Origin: Octopus vulgaris
Taxonomy: Eukaryota
Reading direction: 5' to 3'
DNA: 64,000 bases
NCBI GenBank assembly: GCA_951406725.2
Contig: OX597825.1
Span: 71,300,001-71,364,000 of the forward strand
The stretch's first letter is position 1; every line of letters begins with the position of its first letter. The position numbers were made by a program, and so were the translations under genes. The notes under the pieces are model-generated. The model did not search any database, was not told the DNA's origin, and saw only the letters and a list, made by a program, of their open reading frames with translations. Of the stretch, positions 25,861 to 39,000 are shown one piece after another.

Positions 25861-27288
25861 TGATTGATTGATTCTAGTTTCAGCTTATGAGCTGTGGCCA
25901 TGCTGGGGCACCGCCATTTGGTGTTGCTACTTGGTTTCACTTCATGGAGGCTTTCTAGCAACTGCTATTTGGTGCATGAGAGAGTTCGATGCAGCTGCCC
26001 TCATCTGCCCCTCCTGCCGTGAAGTTGGTTCATCTGGGACACCTGACAGGAAGAGATCCAGCTTCATTTTAAAGACATCTGTATCCACCCCATGCAGGTC
26101 TCTCAGGTTCTTCGGGAGGATATTGAAGAGCTGTGGGCCTCGGAAGCCCAGGCTATCACAGAATCTTGTCCTACATCTTGATGGCAGGTTTGGAGTCCTA
26201 GGCACCACGCAGTGGCGCCCAGTTCTGGCATTTGCGTAACTCTCGATGCCAAAGTTCAGGACACTTCCCTCCAGGATCTTCCAGATGTATATTATGGCAT
26301 ATCTTTCCCGCCTACGCTCCAGGGAATATAATTTTAATCTCTTGAGTCTTTCCCAGTAGCTTACATTCTGCATAGAGGCTATCTTCTTTGTGTAGCTTCG
26401 TTGGATCGCCTCAAGTTCTGTGATCAACTTGACACTGGATGGTGACCATAGCTGAGAGCAATAGTCAAAGTGGCTTAGGACAAGTGTCTTCCAGAGGACC
26501 ATCATGGTTTCTTGTTCTCTTGTTCTAAAGGTTCTAAGAATCCATCCAGCCAGCCGTCTACATTTCATTGTCAGTTTAGCAACATGTACATGAAAGGTCG
26601 CGTCATCACTCATGTGAATACCCAGGTCACGCACTGATTGTGCCTCTGGGATTGCAATCCCTCCGGGTCCAGTGTATTCATTGGGTATTGCATTCAGTTT
26701 TGCATGCTGATAGTATAAAGCTTGAAACTTTCCAGCATTGAACTGCATGCTATTCTTTTCAGCCCACTTGTATATTTCGTCCAGCTCACATTGCAAGTGT
26801 TTAGTGTCCTCAGGGTTCTGTATTGCCTGTGAGACTTTTGTATCATCTGCATAACTTGTGATCGTGGCTCTCTGCGTGGCTGAGGGCATGTCTGAGAGGG
26901 CCATTATGAACAGTAGTGGTCCCAGAACAGTGCCCTGCGGAACACCGCTCACTATTTGTGTGTTAATGGAGGTGGCCCCATTGGCTACTACCACCTGACT
27001 TCTATCCTTCAGAAAGTCATGAAGCCATTCTCCCAGTTTTCCAACTATGTTGAGATCACGCAGTTTGTGACATATCATTCCATGATCGACTTTATCAAAG
27101 GCCTTTGCAAAGTCGAGATATATCACTTCCACATTTGAGTGGTTGAGCAGCCGTTTCAGCACCCAGTCATAGTGTTGTAGGAGCTGAGTTAAACAGCTTC
27201 TCCCTGGTCGGAAACCATGTTGGGTGTCGGGCAGCAAGTCATTCTCTTCAAGGAAGGTGATCAGCTTCCTTCTGACTATTCGTTCCAT
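25861..27288 (-). mobile_element. 5'-truncated CR1-type LINE with intact 3' UTR and (AATC)n tail
   Basis: RT ORF, ~80-nt 3' UTR with stem-loop, tgattgattgatt at 25861-25873 on the plus strand; (TA)n on both sides. Confidence 0.9.
25942..27288 (-). CDS. Non-LTR retrotransposon reverse transcriptase (partial ORF2, 448 aa, CR1-like; endonuclease missing)
   Basis: Motifs [45 protein letters not shown] and the C-terminal [17 protein letters not shown]. The first 62 aa of the listed 510-aa ORF are (TA)n artefact. Confidence 0.93.
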   Translation of the reverse strand: MERIVRRKLITFLEENDLLPDTQHGFRPGRSCLTQLLQHYDWVLKRLLNHSNVEVIYLDFAKAFDKVDHGMICHKLRDLNIVGKLGEWLHDFLKDRSQVVVANGATSINTQIVSGVPQGTVLGPLLFIMALSDMPSATQRATITSYADDTKVSQAIQNPEDTKHLQCELDEIYKWAEKNSMQFNAGKFQALYYQHAKLNAIPNEYTGPGGIAIPEAQSVRDLGIHMSDDATFHVHVAKLTMKCRRLAGWILRTFRTREQETMMVLWKTLVLSHFDYCSQLWSPSSVKLITELEAIQRSYTKKIASMQNVSYWERLKRLKLYSLERRRERYAIIYIWKILEGSVLNFGIESYANARTGRHCVVPRTPNLPSRCRTRFCDSLGFRGPQLFNILPKNLRDLHGVDTDVFKMKLDLFLSGVPDEPTSRQEGQMRAAASNSLMHQIAVARKPP

Positions 27289-27316
27289 ATATATATATAT
27301 GTATATATATATATAC

Positions 27317-27366
<50 letters not shown>

Positions 27367-27369
27367 GTG

Positions 27370-27432
<63 letters not shown>

Positions 27433-27516
27433 GTGTATATATATATATATATGTATATGTATATATATATACATGTGTGTATATATATATATATATGTAT
27501 ATGTATATATATATAC

Positions 27517-27611
<95 letters not shown>

Positions 27612-28231
27612 CACATATACATATATACGATGAGCTTCTTTCAGTTTCCGTCTACCAAATCCACTCACAAGGCTTTGGTTGGCCCAAGGCTATAGCAGAA
27701 GACACTTGCCCAAGGTGCCACGCAGTGGAACTGAACCCGGAACAATGTGGTTGGTAAGCAAGCTACTTACCACACAGCCACTCCTGCCCCTATATATATA
27801 TACACACACACACACATACATACATATATGTCTCTCTGTCTTCCTATATATATATATATATATATATGTCTGTGTGATTGTCTATATATCTAGCCATCCA
27901 TCCATTGATCCTCCCATCTATCTATTGATAAACAAATGATATAAAATATTACTAACTAGTAATTACTTACAAGAAGTTTTATTTGGAATTGAGTGAAAAA
28001 AGACCTCCGTGATGCTCAGAGTTTAGTTTGTAATAGTTAAATCCCATTCTCTGGGGATTCTTGGAGCTGGTTCCACTTCTCTGTAGATGAGACTTCTTGC
28101 AAAGCTATCAGCAAGTCTTGAAATGAAATTATTACACTCTACCATCAGATGTATTGAATCCTCGTTTTATGGTTTGCAGATACCTTATCCAAAGAACAAC
28201 ACCTGCATCATATCATTATGCATGTGTGTGT

Positions 28232-28336
<105 letters not shown>

Positions 28337-28513
28337 GTATATGTGTATATATGTATATATATGTGTGTGTGTATTGATGTGTGTGTGTATGTAGATGTAT
28401 ATAATGTGTGTGTACGAATGGATGTATATATATATGTTGGGGTATGTATGGGTATATGTATGTATGTGGGGGGTATGTATGGATGTATATATATGTGTCT
28501 GTGTATGTATGGT

Positions 28514-28544
<31 letters not shown>

Positions 28545-29134
28545 ACACCCCATGATATAAGTTGGGGGTGGGGATATTTCTATTCTTTTAGGAATTCATT
28601 CTCTTCTGGTTGTGATGGTAAGCAGCAACGGTTGTGACAGAAGTTGTTGTTGTTGTTTCGGATGCTAAATGAAAGCGTTGGCGGAGGCTGCTAAACACAT
28701 GTTATCACTTCCCACTTTTTTTTCCTGCCAGAATAAACAATCCTTTGAAAACGAAAAAAAAACAAAAAAAAAAAAGAAGACAAAAAACAAAGAACTCAGT
28801 GCACTTTGTTTATAAACAAACAGTGAGGATATACACAATACTGTAAACATACTTCTCCATTATTGTGATCTCAAAGGATGAGGGTAGAATTGGCTGTGTA
28901 TTATGTTGATATTCCCACTGGTGTCAATAATTGGTTGGAAAGGGGAAACAGATGAGTTGGTGGGATATCGGGTTGTTAGTTTTACCAGTTTGGTTCGTGG
29001 GTTCATATATCTCACTTAAAGCCTGTTATTATGTCTGTAATGAAGTTGGTGGGAGCTGGCAGAAATGTTAGCATGTCAGACAAAATGCTCTTAGTGGCGG
29101 TTTTTTCCCCCCTTAATTCTGTCCCTTATGTTCT

Positions 29135-29908
29135 TATTTCTTTACTGCCCACAAGGGGCTAAGCATAGTGGGGACAAACAAGGAAAGACAAATGGATTAA
29201 GTCGATTACATCGATCCCAGTACGTAACTGGTACTTAATTTATTGACCCCGAAAGGATGAAAGGCAAAGTCGACCTCGGCAGAATTTGAACTCAGAACGT
29301 AAAGACAGACGAAATACCTATTTCTTTACTGCCCACAAGGGGCTAAACACAGAGGGGACAAACAAGGACAAATAAACGGATTAAGTCAATTATATCGACC
29401 CCAGTGTGTAACTGGTACTTAATTTATTGACCCTGAAAGGAAGAAAGGCAAAGTCGACCTCGGCAGAATTTGAACTCAGAACGTAAAGACAGATGAAATA
29501 CCTATTTCTTTACTGCCCACAAGGGGCTAAACACAGAGGGGACAAACAAGGACAAATAAACGGATTAAGTCAATTATATCGACCCCAGTGTGTAACTGGT
29601 ACTTAATTTATTGACCCTGAAAGGAAGAAAGGCAAAGTCGACCTCGGCAGAATTTGAACTCAGAACGTAAAGACAGATGAAATACCTATTTCTTTACTGC
29701 CCACAAGGGGCTAAACACAGAGGGGACAAACAAGGACAAATAAACGGATTAAGTCAATTATATCGACCCCAGTGTGTAACTGGTACTTAATTTATTGACC
29801 CTGAAAGGAAGAAAGGCAAAGTCGACCTCAGCAGAATTTGAACTCAGAACGTAAAGACAGACGAAATACCGCTAAGCATTTTGCCCGGCGTGCTAATGTT
29901 TCTATCAG
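29135..29908 (-). mobile_element. SINE family B tetramer (184-bp period)
   Basis: Units at 29135, 29319, 29503 and 29687; 12-bp TSD cccttatgttct at 29123-29134 and 29909-29920; inserted in an older, oppositely oriented B-like copy. Confidence 0.92.
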
Positions 29909-30724
29909 CCCTTATGTTCTGGATTCAAGTTCCACTGAGGTCAACTTTGCCTTACATACCAGTTGAGCACTGGGATCTCTGTAATTGACTTATCTCTCCC
30001 ATAAAATAATTACTGGCCCTTTGCCAAAATTTGAAACCATTATGTCTCAAGTGTACTTTCCACAAATTATAACATACTGGCAGTAATTGGATCTAGTTTC
30101 TTGGCTTGACCACACTGAATCATATTATCTACTTTTTGCCTATTCTACAGTCCAGGGAATAGAACAGGTTAATGGCGGTTGCAGTGTGTGGGAGTTTACT
30201 TAAGCCCTTCATTTTCTATTGAGAATAAATCATCAACAACTTCTTTCCTCTGTTCTTGATTCTAAGCTGTTTTTTCTACTTCTCTCCTGTTGGGTCACTG
30301 CTTTTTCAGTTCTGCCGTAGCATCTCGCTCACATTCAGCTATTTTTAGGGGGTCACCTCTTCCATTTATCTTGTAGGTTTCAGATCAAGGAGACCTGTTA
30401 CCCTGAGGGCAGAAGGCCTTGCTCTCCCAGGTCTTATTGGTTTTGAATTATCATTGGTGCTTTTGTAACTTTGCTTTTGTCTTGGTAGGGGTGTTGGCTC
30501 AGCACGAACCTATTTTTGCCTCTGGGAAGAGTTGATCTATATTAGTCTGGCCTCAGTCTTTTGACCTCTCCAGTATTAGAGGTCCTACCAGCAGCTTGCG
30601 CTACATTGGCATAGCTCTCAGGGTCATTTTGGCAAACAAGCCAACACACCACTACAGGGATCAAACCTTTCAGCGGGATTGGGAGTTTAGGGATTCTTTC
30701 ACGGGTTTTTTTAGGAGGTCGGAT

Positions 30725-31006
30725 CAAAGAAATCGACCCTGGGACTTATTCTTTGAAAGCTTAGTACTTATTCTATGAATCTCTTTTGCCGAACTGCTAA
30801 GTTACAGGAACATACATGTACCAACATTGGTTGTCAAGTGATGGTGGGGGACAAACACAGACACAATAACACACACACAAATATATATACGACGGGCTTC
30901 TTTCAGTTTCCATCTGCCAAATCCACTCACAAGACTTTGCCCAAGGAGCCATGCGGTGGGACCGAACCCAGAACCATGTGATTTGGAAGCAAGCTTCTTA
31001 CCACAC
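30725..31006 (-). mobile_element. SINE family A, partial
   Basis: Consensus match. Confidence 0.8.
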
Positions 31007-31371
31007 TATTCTATTTACACGAACGCAACACAATGCTAGTTATTGTATCTAGTTTTGATACTAATTTAGCTAGTATCATATTTCTATATTAATTGTTGTG
31101 ACCTTATTCTTAGTACAGTGTTTGTATGCCTTGTACTCTTAGGACTAATAATTAACTCGTAAGTCACCTTAGGATCCATAAGCAAGACAGAGACCCTCAT
31201 TGGTGAGGGAGAGCCATATGTAGGACACTATACAAAGTACTCCTTATAGTGAGTACTTTGTCACTTTGGAATCCAGTTGTGTATGACACTCTCATATCAT
31301 ATACAACTGGATTCCAACCACTACAGACATAATATCTCTACTGTCACCAATACAATAAAATCAGCTTTCAC

Positions 31372-31575
31372 AAGCTAGTGTGAGAACCTGTATGTGGTTG
31401 CTCAACCTGATGGAAATAGCAGTCAAATGATCTCCCTTGAATCACATCAAAAAGGGCAGGACACACTGGATGATATGTATTCCTAGGCATGTAATATGAT
31501 AGAATGGTCACATCTAGAATGCCTTTGAACATAAGTCTGCTCAGTAAGTGCACTCCTGGTGTTAAGTAAAAACAG
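31372..31575 (+). repeat. Old dispersed repeat (family E)
   Basis: Motif gtggttgctc..cctg...gaaatagcag.caaat recurs near 7030, 35240 and 56470, and in reverse near 9950, 11270, 62585 and 62655. Confidence 0.6.
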
Positions 31576-31676
31576 CAGCCACACAGATACTCTCATACCA
31601 CTATAACCATTTATGAGTGGAAACTGGGTAGTAAAAGTGCTTTGTTTATTTTTTATATGAACTCATTACAATTAAG

Positions 31677-32084
31677 GGATCTTTTCGGTTTGAACGGCAG
31701 TTTTTTCTAGCGGTGTCATATGAAATTGTCACCCATAATTATGACCCTAGTATCGATCTATTGCATTTCAATGTTTTAGGGTTAGGGGTGGGGGAAAGGG
31801 TATCTTTTTTCTTCACAAATGTAAATAAACCCAATCTGTTTCTTAAACGAGGGACATATTCATACGGCACAGAATGTTTTTTTACCTCAATAGACGTCAG
31901 TGATTGGTTGAAATTGCAGAAATTGAAGAAAAAAACAACAAATATCAAACAAACTATAGAATTTTCTCAATAAAGCCAAGAGAAAAAGATGTTTTATAAA
32001 CATATTCTACCAGTATACGAAGTTTAAAATTTTTTAGTTACCTAGAAATTATCTTAAAAACTGCTGTTCAAACAGAAAAGATCC
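31677..32084. mobile_element. Merlin-like MITE
   Basis: 29-bp TIRs GGATCTTTTCGGTTTGAACGGCAGTTTTT / AAAAACTGCTGTTCAAACAGAAAAGATCC (2 mismatches) beginning GG; 8-bp TSD CAATTAAG at 31669-31676 and 32085-32092. Confidence 0.8.
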
Positions 32085-32711
32085 CAATTAAGAAATGTTA
32101 ATCAACCACACCAAATAATTAGACTACAAGTTACATGTGGAATCAGTAGGTCTACCAAAATACTTGATCTATGTCTGTAAGACTGTAATATGCAATAATC
32201 TAGAATGGCCAAATATTGAATATTTATTATACAATTTTAGAATATATTTATCTCTTTTATCAACAGAAAATGGTCCCTAGTTTTAGTTTTGCACCTTAAT
32301 CTTGATAATATAGATAAAGGTTGCTGTTGTTAAGAGCAGATGTTGAGGAGCGTTTTTGGACCTGCCACTTGTGAATGTTAGTGGCTGAGAATCCTGCTGT
32401 TTCAGGAAACAGGAAATGTCAAAAGGAACTCTGGGCCTGCTGGAAATATAAATAACCTCATTTAATAAGCAAAAAGACCAACCAACTAAATACCTACTAC
32501 AAATGTACTTTAAGGTTGCACACACACACGCACATACGCACCTTCATCATCTCTCTCTCTCATTATCTTTTATCTTGTTTTAGTCATTGGACTGTGGCCA
32601 TGCTGGGGCACCAGTTTGAAGTGTTTAGTCAAACAAATTAATCCCAGCACTTAGTTTCTTTTAAAGCCTGACACTTATTCTATCAGTCTCTTTTTTTGAC
32701 TAACCACTAAG

Positions 32712-33008
32712 TTGTTTGTTCCTTCTCGAGCTACGCCTGGCTCATAAGGGCCGGTTTCCTTGGCGTATAGGTTCCCCACCTGGATGGGATGCTGGTCCGT
32801 CGCAGGTGAGCTGCAAGATGCAGGAGGAAAGAGTAAGAGAAAGTTGTGGCGAAAGAGTCAGCAGAAGTTTGCCATTACCTTCTGCCGGAGCCACATGGAG
32901 CTTAGGTGTTTCACTCATAAACACACATGCCGCCCGGTCTGAGATTCGAACCTGAAATCCCTCGACCGCAAGTCCATTGCTCTAACCACTAGGCCATGTG
33001 CCTCCACA
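32712..33008 (-). mobile_element. SINE family F-related copy nested in a family A SINE (32565-33262)
   Basis: Reverse-complement similarity to 3044-3358 (head, V-like core); flanking direct repeat actaagtt. Confidence 0.75.
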
Positions 33009-36002
33009 ATGACTAAGTTACAGGGACATAAACAAACCAGTACTGGTTGTCAAATGGCAGTGAGGAACAAATACAAACACAAAAGCACACACATATACAA
33101 TGAGTTTTTTCCAGTTTTACCAAATCCACTCATAAGGCTTTGGTCAGCTCATGGCTATAGTATGAGACACTTGCTGCTTGTCTAAGGTGCTACACAGTGG
33201 AACTGAACCCAGAACTATGTGGTTGGCAAGCAAACTTGTTACCACACTGCCATGCCTACACCTAGCTATAAATAAATTTTATGGTCAATTACTATTAGAA
33301 GCAGCACCTTTAATTATTTGATGAAAACGATGGAGTCTAAATCAGGAGGTGGATGAATCTTTGGCTGTATTTGATATTATGTAATTGGGATACATGAAGA
33401 AGCAGAGATGATATTTCTGTGATAATTTAGCCTACAAACATTTAGTTGATTTGCAATAATGGGTTATTGATTTTTTTCCACATCAGTAGAACCTTGAAAG
33501 GACTACGCCTAAGAACAAATGTCAAAGAAAGTTATCAGCGTATAATTTTAGGGGAAATTTTACCTGAAGGCTGTCCGTTTAATGAAAGCTACTTGGAAGT
33601 AGAAGTTTGAACAACTCATCCAGGTTTCTTCCCATTTAGAATATTGGCACTTACTTTAGACTGCAATCAATCTGTTACAAATGGAGAGAAAAGTTGGTGC
33701 TGACAAGGAGAATGGTATAAACTTGTGTGTGTGTCTGTGCATGCGTGTGTTTGTGTGTGTGTTTGTGTTCTTTTTCTCATTTTAGTTTTAGAGTAAATAT
33801 GTACTGGCCACCTACTTGGCAGCAAAGTTGTGAAGGAAAGTATTTTCTAATCATCATCTTTAAATCTTAATAAAGTCTTTCAGATTTTTATAGTCCCAGA
33901 TATTGTGATCTGTTATGCATGCATGTCTGTATGTATGTATGCATGTAGAAGTCGTTGTGGCTATTTACCTATACTTGTTGCTTTGAGGTAAAGTGGTAAT
34001 AGCCACCAGATTAGTATACAGAAGTAGCTGTGAATTCTGCAGATTTTTAATCAGAATAAGGGAAGAGACAAAGTCAGAACATAATGACCCTCTTAAGATC
34101 AGGATTGAACATTGGTAAGGTGTAATCAAAGGAGAAACATGTTGCTAAAGAGTAGTTTCCATAAATGTGAGCCATAATAAAAATCCAGGGAAACAAGAGG
34201 TAGCATGTAGAGCAATAAATAAAAGCCTCGGTTACAATATGGCTGCCATTACGAAATTAGTTTTCAAAATGGCTGCCATTGCAATATAAGTTTTAATACC
34301 CAAAACTTCAACTCATAATTTTCCTTCCAGGATAATTACTTGTCAAATTTGTGGCATGGAGTTTAACCTGCATTAGATATAGATTCAGGATACAGAATCA
34401 GCCACTCTGAAGGTCAGAGAATAGACCAGCTGAAAGTATAATGATATGTAAAGAAATGTAGAAACTGGAGTTAAGAACCTTCAAATTACTCTTGCATTAA
34501 GTTGTCAATTTTTTTGTGTAAAACTGAAGTAGTTTTGTAGTATTAACATCTTAGCACTTTTTGCATTATTGGAGACTGGGTCTTATGAATTCATTTGTAC
34601 CAAATTTCTAGAAAATGCATCAAATTGAAACAAGCTACAAAACAGACTCAAAGCATTCAGTGAAGTAAGCAAAGTCTCAACTAATCATAAAAAAGTAATT
34701 TCATCCAAGAAATTATTATAATTATAAATATTGTTATTATTATCATCGTTATTATTATTAGTGCCGATGTGCTGGCAGAATTGTTAGCAAACCAGGCAAA
34801 ATGCTTAACGGCATTTTGTCTGTCTGTATGATTTGAGTTCAAATTCTGCTGAGGTTAACTTTGCCTTTCATCCTTTAGGGTAGATGAAATAAGGAGTCAG
34901 TGTAATTGAAATTGCTGGCCTTGTACCAAAATCTGAAGTTGTTATTATTAGTAGTAGTAGTTAAGGCAGTGAGCTGGCAGAATCATTAGCACACTACTTA
35001 ACAGTATTTCATCTATCTTTTTGTTCTGAGTTCAAATTCCACTGTGGTTGACTTTGGAATGGATTAGTGCAATCTAAGAAAACATGAGAATAATACTAAG
35101 AGCAGTATCTGTCTGTCTGTCCATCCGTCCGCCCGAACCCGCCTGTCCGTCCGTCTATCTATCTATCATTCTTCCCTCCTTTCTTTCTCTCCCCCCACCT
35201 CTCTTTCTTTGAATAAACCCCAAATGGGATTTCTACGTTATTGCCTGATCTGCTAGAAATAGCAGTTAAACCACACCTCATCATCTTAAAAAGGAAGGGC
35301 ATGTTGGGATAGTGTAGTTTTTAGATGCATCAAATAACGAGGTCGATACGTCTGGAATATCTTTGGTTATATATTTGCTCCATTAAGGTCATCCTAAGCT
35401 AAACATTTCTACTACTACCACCACCACCAACAACAACAACAATCACTACACATTGCTCTGAAGCTTGTTAATGTCCAAATTCTTCATTTCTATATTTGTC
35501 TCTAAAACTGAAACAAGCACAGAAATAAAGTATGAGGCACTTGAAATATCAAGACTATATTTTTCCCTCCAACTGACCAGTAGAGAAAAAAATCAAACTG
35601 TGTGACTAATTAATATGTCTGTTAGTAATTGCACTTCTTTATTTATTTATTTGTTTTGTACATTTGTCCTGTAATCTAGTGTTCTGGTTTCCGCAGTTTA
35701 TCAAAACTGGTAATTTCTTTGAATGGTTTGATACTGCAGCGACTCAAAATAATCAAACGTTTCTTTCTTTTTTTTTTTTTTTCCCCTCCTTCTCTTTGCT
35801 TAGCTCAAAGTACTTACTACTTGGTCTTACTTAAATGATATTGCCGAGTCTAAAATGACATACTTCAGCTTTAATAACCAACTACTGTGTATATATTTGG
35901 GGGTTTTTATTTGCTTTTTTTTTTCTTTTTATTTGTTGTTATTATTATTATTATTATCATTATTTATTTATTTATTTATTTTCTTTTTCTCACACCTCCT
36001 AG

Positions 36003-36053
36003 GTTGCTGAATCTGTGGCAGAACTGGAGAGAACACTGTCTGCTATAAAATAA
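36003..36053 (+). CDS. Candidate terminal coding exon VAESVAELERTLSAIK*
   Basis: Acceptor ttctttttctcacacctcctAG|G; protein-like amphipathic frame ending TAA; followed by repeat-poor AT-rich sequence with AATAAA near 37727 and 38061. Confidence 0.4.
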   Translation, partial: VAESVAELERTLSAIK

Positions 36054-39000
36054 CTAAAAGATATTTTGGAGACACACTTCTTAGGTTGATGGGCTCTTTA
36101 CTGCTCTCTATGCATTCTGAGGCATTCTTTAATTTACCACAACATTTGGAAGTTATCTCTACCATTTTCCGATCCTTGTCAATTTTGGTGTCCTACTCAC
36201 TTCAGATTTCAATGAGCCATTTGTGACTATATATTCCTAGTTACATAATCTGCAAGTAAGACATTCTTCTTTTTTTTTTTCCTAATCATTTCCATTAACT
36301 TGTTAAACTGTTTAATCTATTTAATTATATGTTTGCTTCAGTTGGTTTTTCTTTTTAACTTTTTGAAACGGATTTCTAGAAATTTCTTTTGATTCAAACT
36401 TTTGAAATAATTAAGCTAATTAAAGTAAAAGAAAAGACAGAGAAAAGCAGTAATTTATATTTTATTAGTTTCAGTGAAGTTTCAAAATCTATCCATTAGA
36501 ATTTACTTTTTATTCAACTTTTTTTTTGTCTGTAGGTGAACAGTTGTTATATGTTTTTTTTTCTCCGTTCTTTTGACATTTTTCTTCACATCCTATTCAA
36601 TGTTATTGAGTTGCTGTATTATAATGGAAATGTGTATGTTGTAGTACATTGCCCCATTTTAATTTTATGATGGATATAATTACTAGGTTATCATCAGTAA
36701 ATATAGGTTGTTTATGGACAATCAAAATTACCACTTAATATAATTTCTTAAGTTTATTTTATTCTTTATAAATATTTCTAAAAAAGTATTATTGGACATT
36801 CTAATCTTACCACATTTATGACAAGGTTGATTCTTTACATCCACCTTATTTAACATTCACCTTTCTATGTTGGGATGGGTTTTCAGGTAGTGTTTTAAGG
36901 CCTGATGCCTCTCTAGATTGTAACCATTTTAGTTGTTTCTCATGACTTGCAATGACACCATGTACTTATTCTAAAAACTGGTATATGCAGAACGTTGGCC
37001 ACTCTCTGACAGATTTTGTAGTTGAACATCTGGTGTTCTTGGTCACTGGTTTACATTCCTACTCAGTTATTGGGGCATGGCTATCTGCAAGTGCGAGACC
37101 CTGAGTTAGAGTGGTTGTTCCATCATGTCTTCCTTGCCATCCTCTGTGACGACACCTTTTCCATTTTGCCGGTTAGGACTATGGGGTAGACTGACAAGTC
37201 TTATATCTCCTAAATATAATGTCTATGAGCACAACTTTCACAAATTTACTATATAGTAAACTAGGTCAATACTAAATCTGTTTGTTACATAATGCTCTTA
37301 GGCTTCGAATTAATAGCAACCACCCTTTAACAGTTGTAGACATTTCATTTCCTTTACATCCCTCATGTTCTTGATGAAAGAATGAACATTACATTTCCAT
37401 TTAGCCTCTAACATGAAACAACCTTGTTCTCAACCTAAAGGGGAACAATATTATAAAAGACTAGGAACTGACAAAAATGGTAATGCTAGACAATCAGTGA
37501 CAGCATTTTAGTTTGTCTTAAAAATTCTGAGTTTCATTCTAAATCCTGGAGGGCTTTATTATTTTTCTTTTCTGCCTTGCAGGGGTTTATTATTTTCTCT
37601 TTCTGTTTTGGGGGGGGTTTTATTATTTTTTTCTCTGCCTTGCAGGGCTGATCATGTAATTCTCTGATAGTTACTGCAGACAATTTGATTTACTACTCTT
37701 TGTTCACAAATTTATAGATCTGCACCAATAAAATAAATCAGCATCATAAGAAGCTGCATCATGTATCATTGTCATGTGCTGCCGCGGCTAACTTCCCAAC
37801 ATAGGTCAGTTTCAGTTGGATATTGATGACCTGTTTCCCTTCACACTTTTGTAAATGAGATCAATGTTGAACAATGTCCATAGCCTTGTTTCCCTATAAA
37901 TCACACTTATTGCTTATTAAAATGTTGCTCCAGTCCACTCAGCTAGTAAAAATGAGTCATCCCATGATGGACTGGCATCCCATCCAGGGTAGAATATATA
38001 TGTCGGAGAAACCAAGAAACCAGCCTTTGTGGACTGACCATTGCCTAATAAATGGAGTGCAATAAACCTATTGAAACCAAATGTTGGTCAATGAACCATT
38101 TGAATGTATTGCTGTTGGTTAGCATCAGATCTAACCTAATTGAATAGATTTATAATGAAACAAGTTCCAGCCATAAACATCTGTTCTTTTTGCATATCAA
38201 CAGCTACCATATTTGTTATGACCGTCTTGTTTGTTTCTTTTGTTTTGTTATACTATTGACTTGGTTGTCTAGTGTATCTGTCTTTAAGACAGAAGGTCAC
38301 ACAAATGATAACAGTACATGCAAAAAAAAAAATATATTTGGCTTTTATTATTTTCTTTTTTGTTTTTATCTAAATAGAAATAAAATCATTAAATTACATT
38401 TCAGACACTTCAGAATTTAAGTGAGTCGATTTTTGAATATTGAAAAGCCATTCAATGCAAACTTGTTTTGCAAAGCTATTTCATTAAGTTCACATGCAAC
38501 TCAAAGTAGTCCACTTCATTTCAAAGATAAATTTCATTCAAGTGTTATAGTGAAATTCTTTGTAGAAACTTGGATAAACGTGGTACTTCATTTTGGTTGT
38601 TCTATTATTTCAATAGCCATCTCTTCTGATTGAAAGTGTGCTTCCAGAAGGAATTAGTATGATGTTAGTTTTCTAGTTGAAGATCTAGTTGTTTCTGTCA
38701 TGTTACCAATGGTACTGGTGATTGCTGTCAATGGGGTATAAACTTCTAATGTTTTAGTTTCTGAGGAGACTAATTGTTGAACTGATGGAGTACCCTTGGG
38801 AAATTTTTTTTTTTAATGTAATTATTTTAAATTGTCTAATTAGTAAATAATTTTCATGAAAACAAACTATATTCTTTTAGTCATTCGGTGATATGGTACA
38901 AGTAAATGTTATATTTTAATATGGTGAGAAAATTTAACTCTTATCATCATGATCAGTGTCATCGTTGTTTTAGCATTCACTTTTCCATGCTTGCATGGGT

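Noticed and set aside
25868-26239. 123-aa plus-strand ORF
   Set aside because: Antisense shadow of the LINE RT.
29135-29908. CRISPR-like or satellite array
   Set aside because: Whole units repeat with no unique spacers; SINE-derived, eukaryotic context, no cas genes.
33487-33610. Exon-like frame TLKGLRLRTNVKESYQRIILGEILPEGCPF...
   Set aside because: No recognisable motif and no convincing donor.
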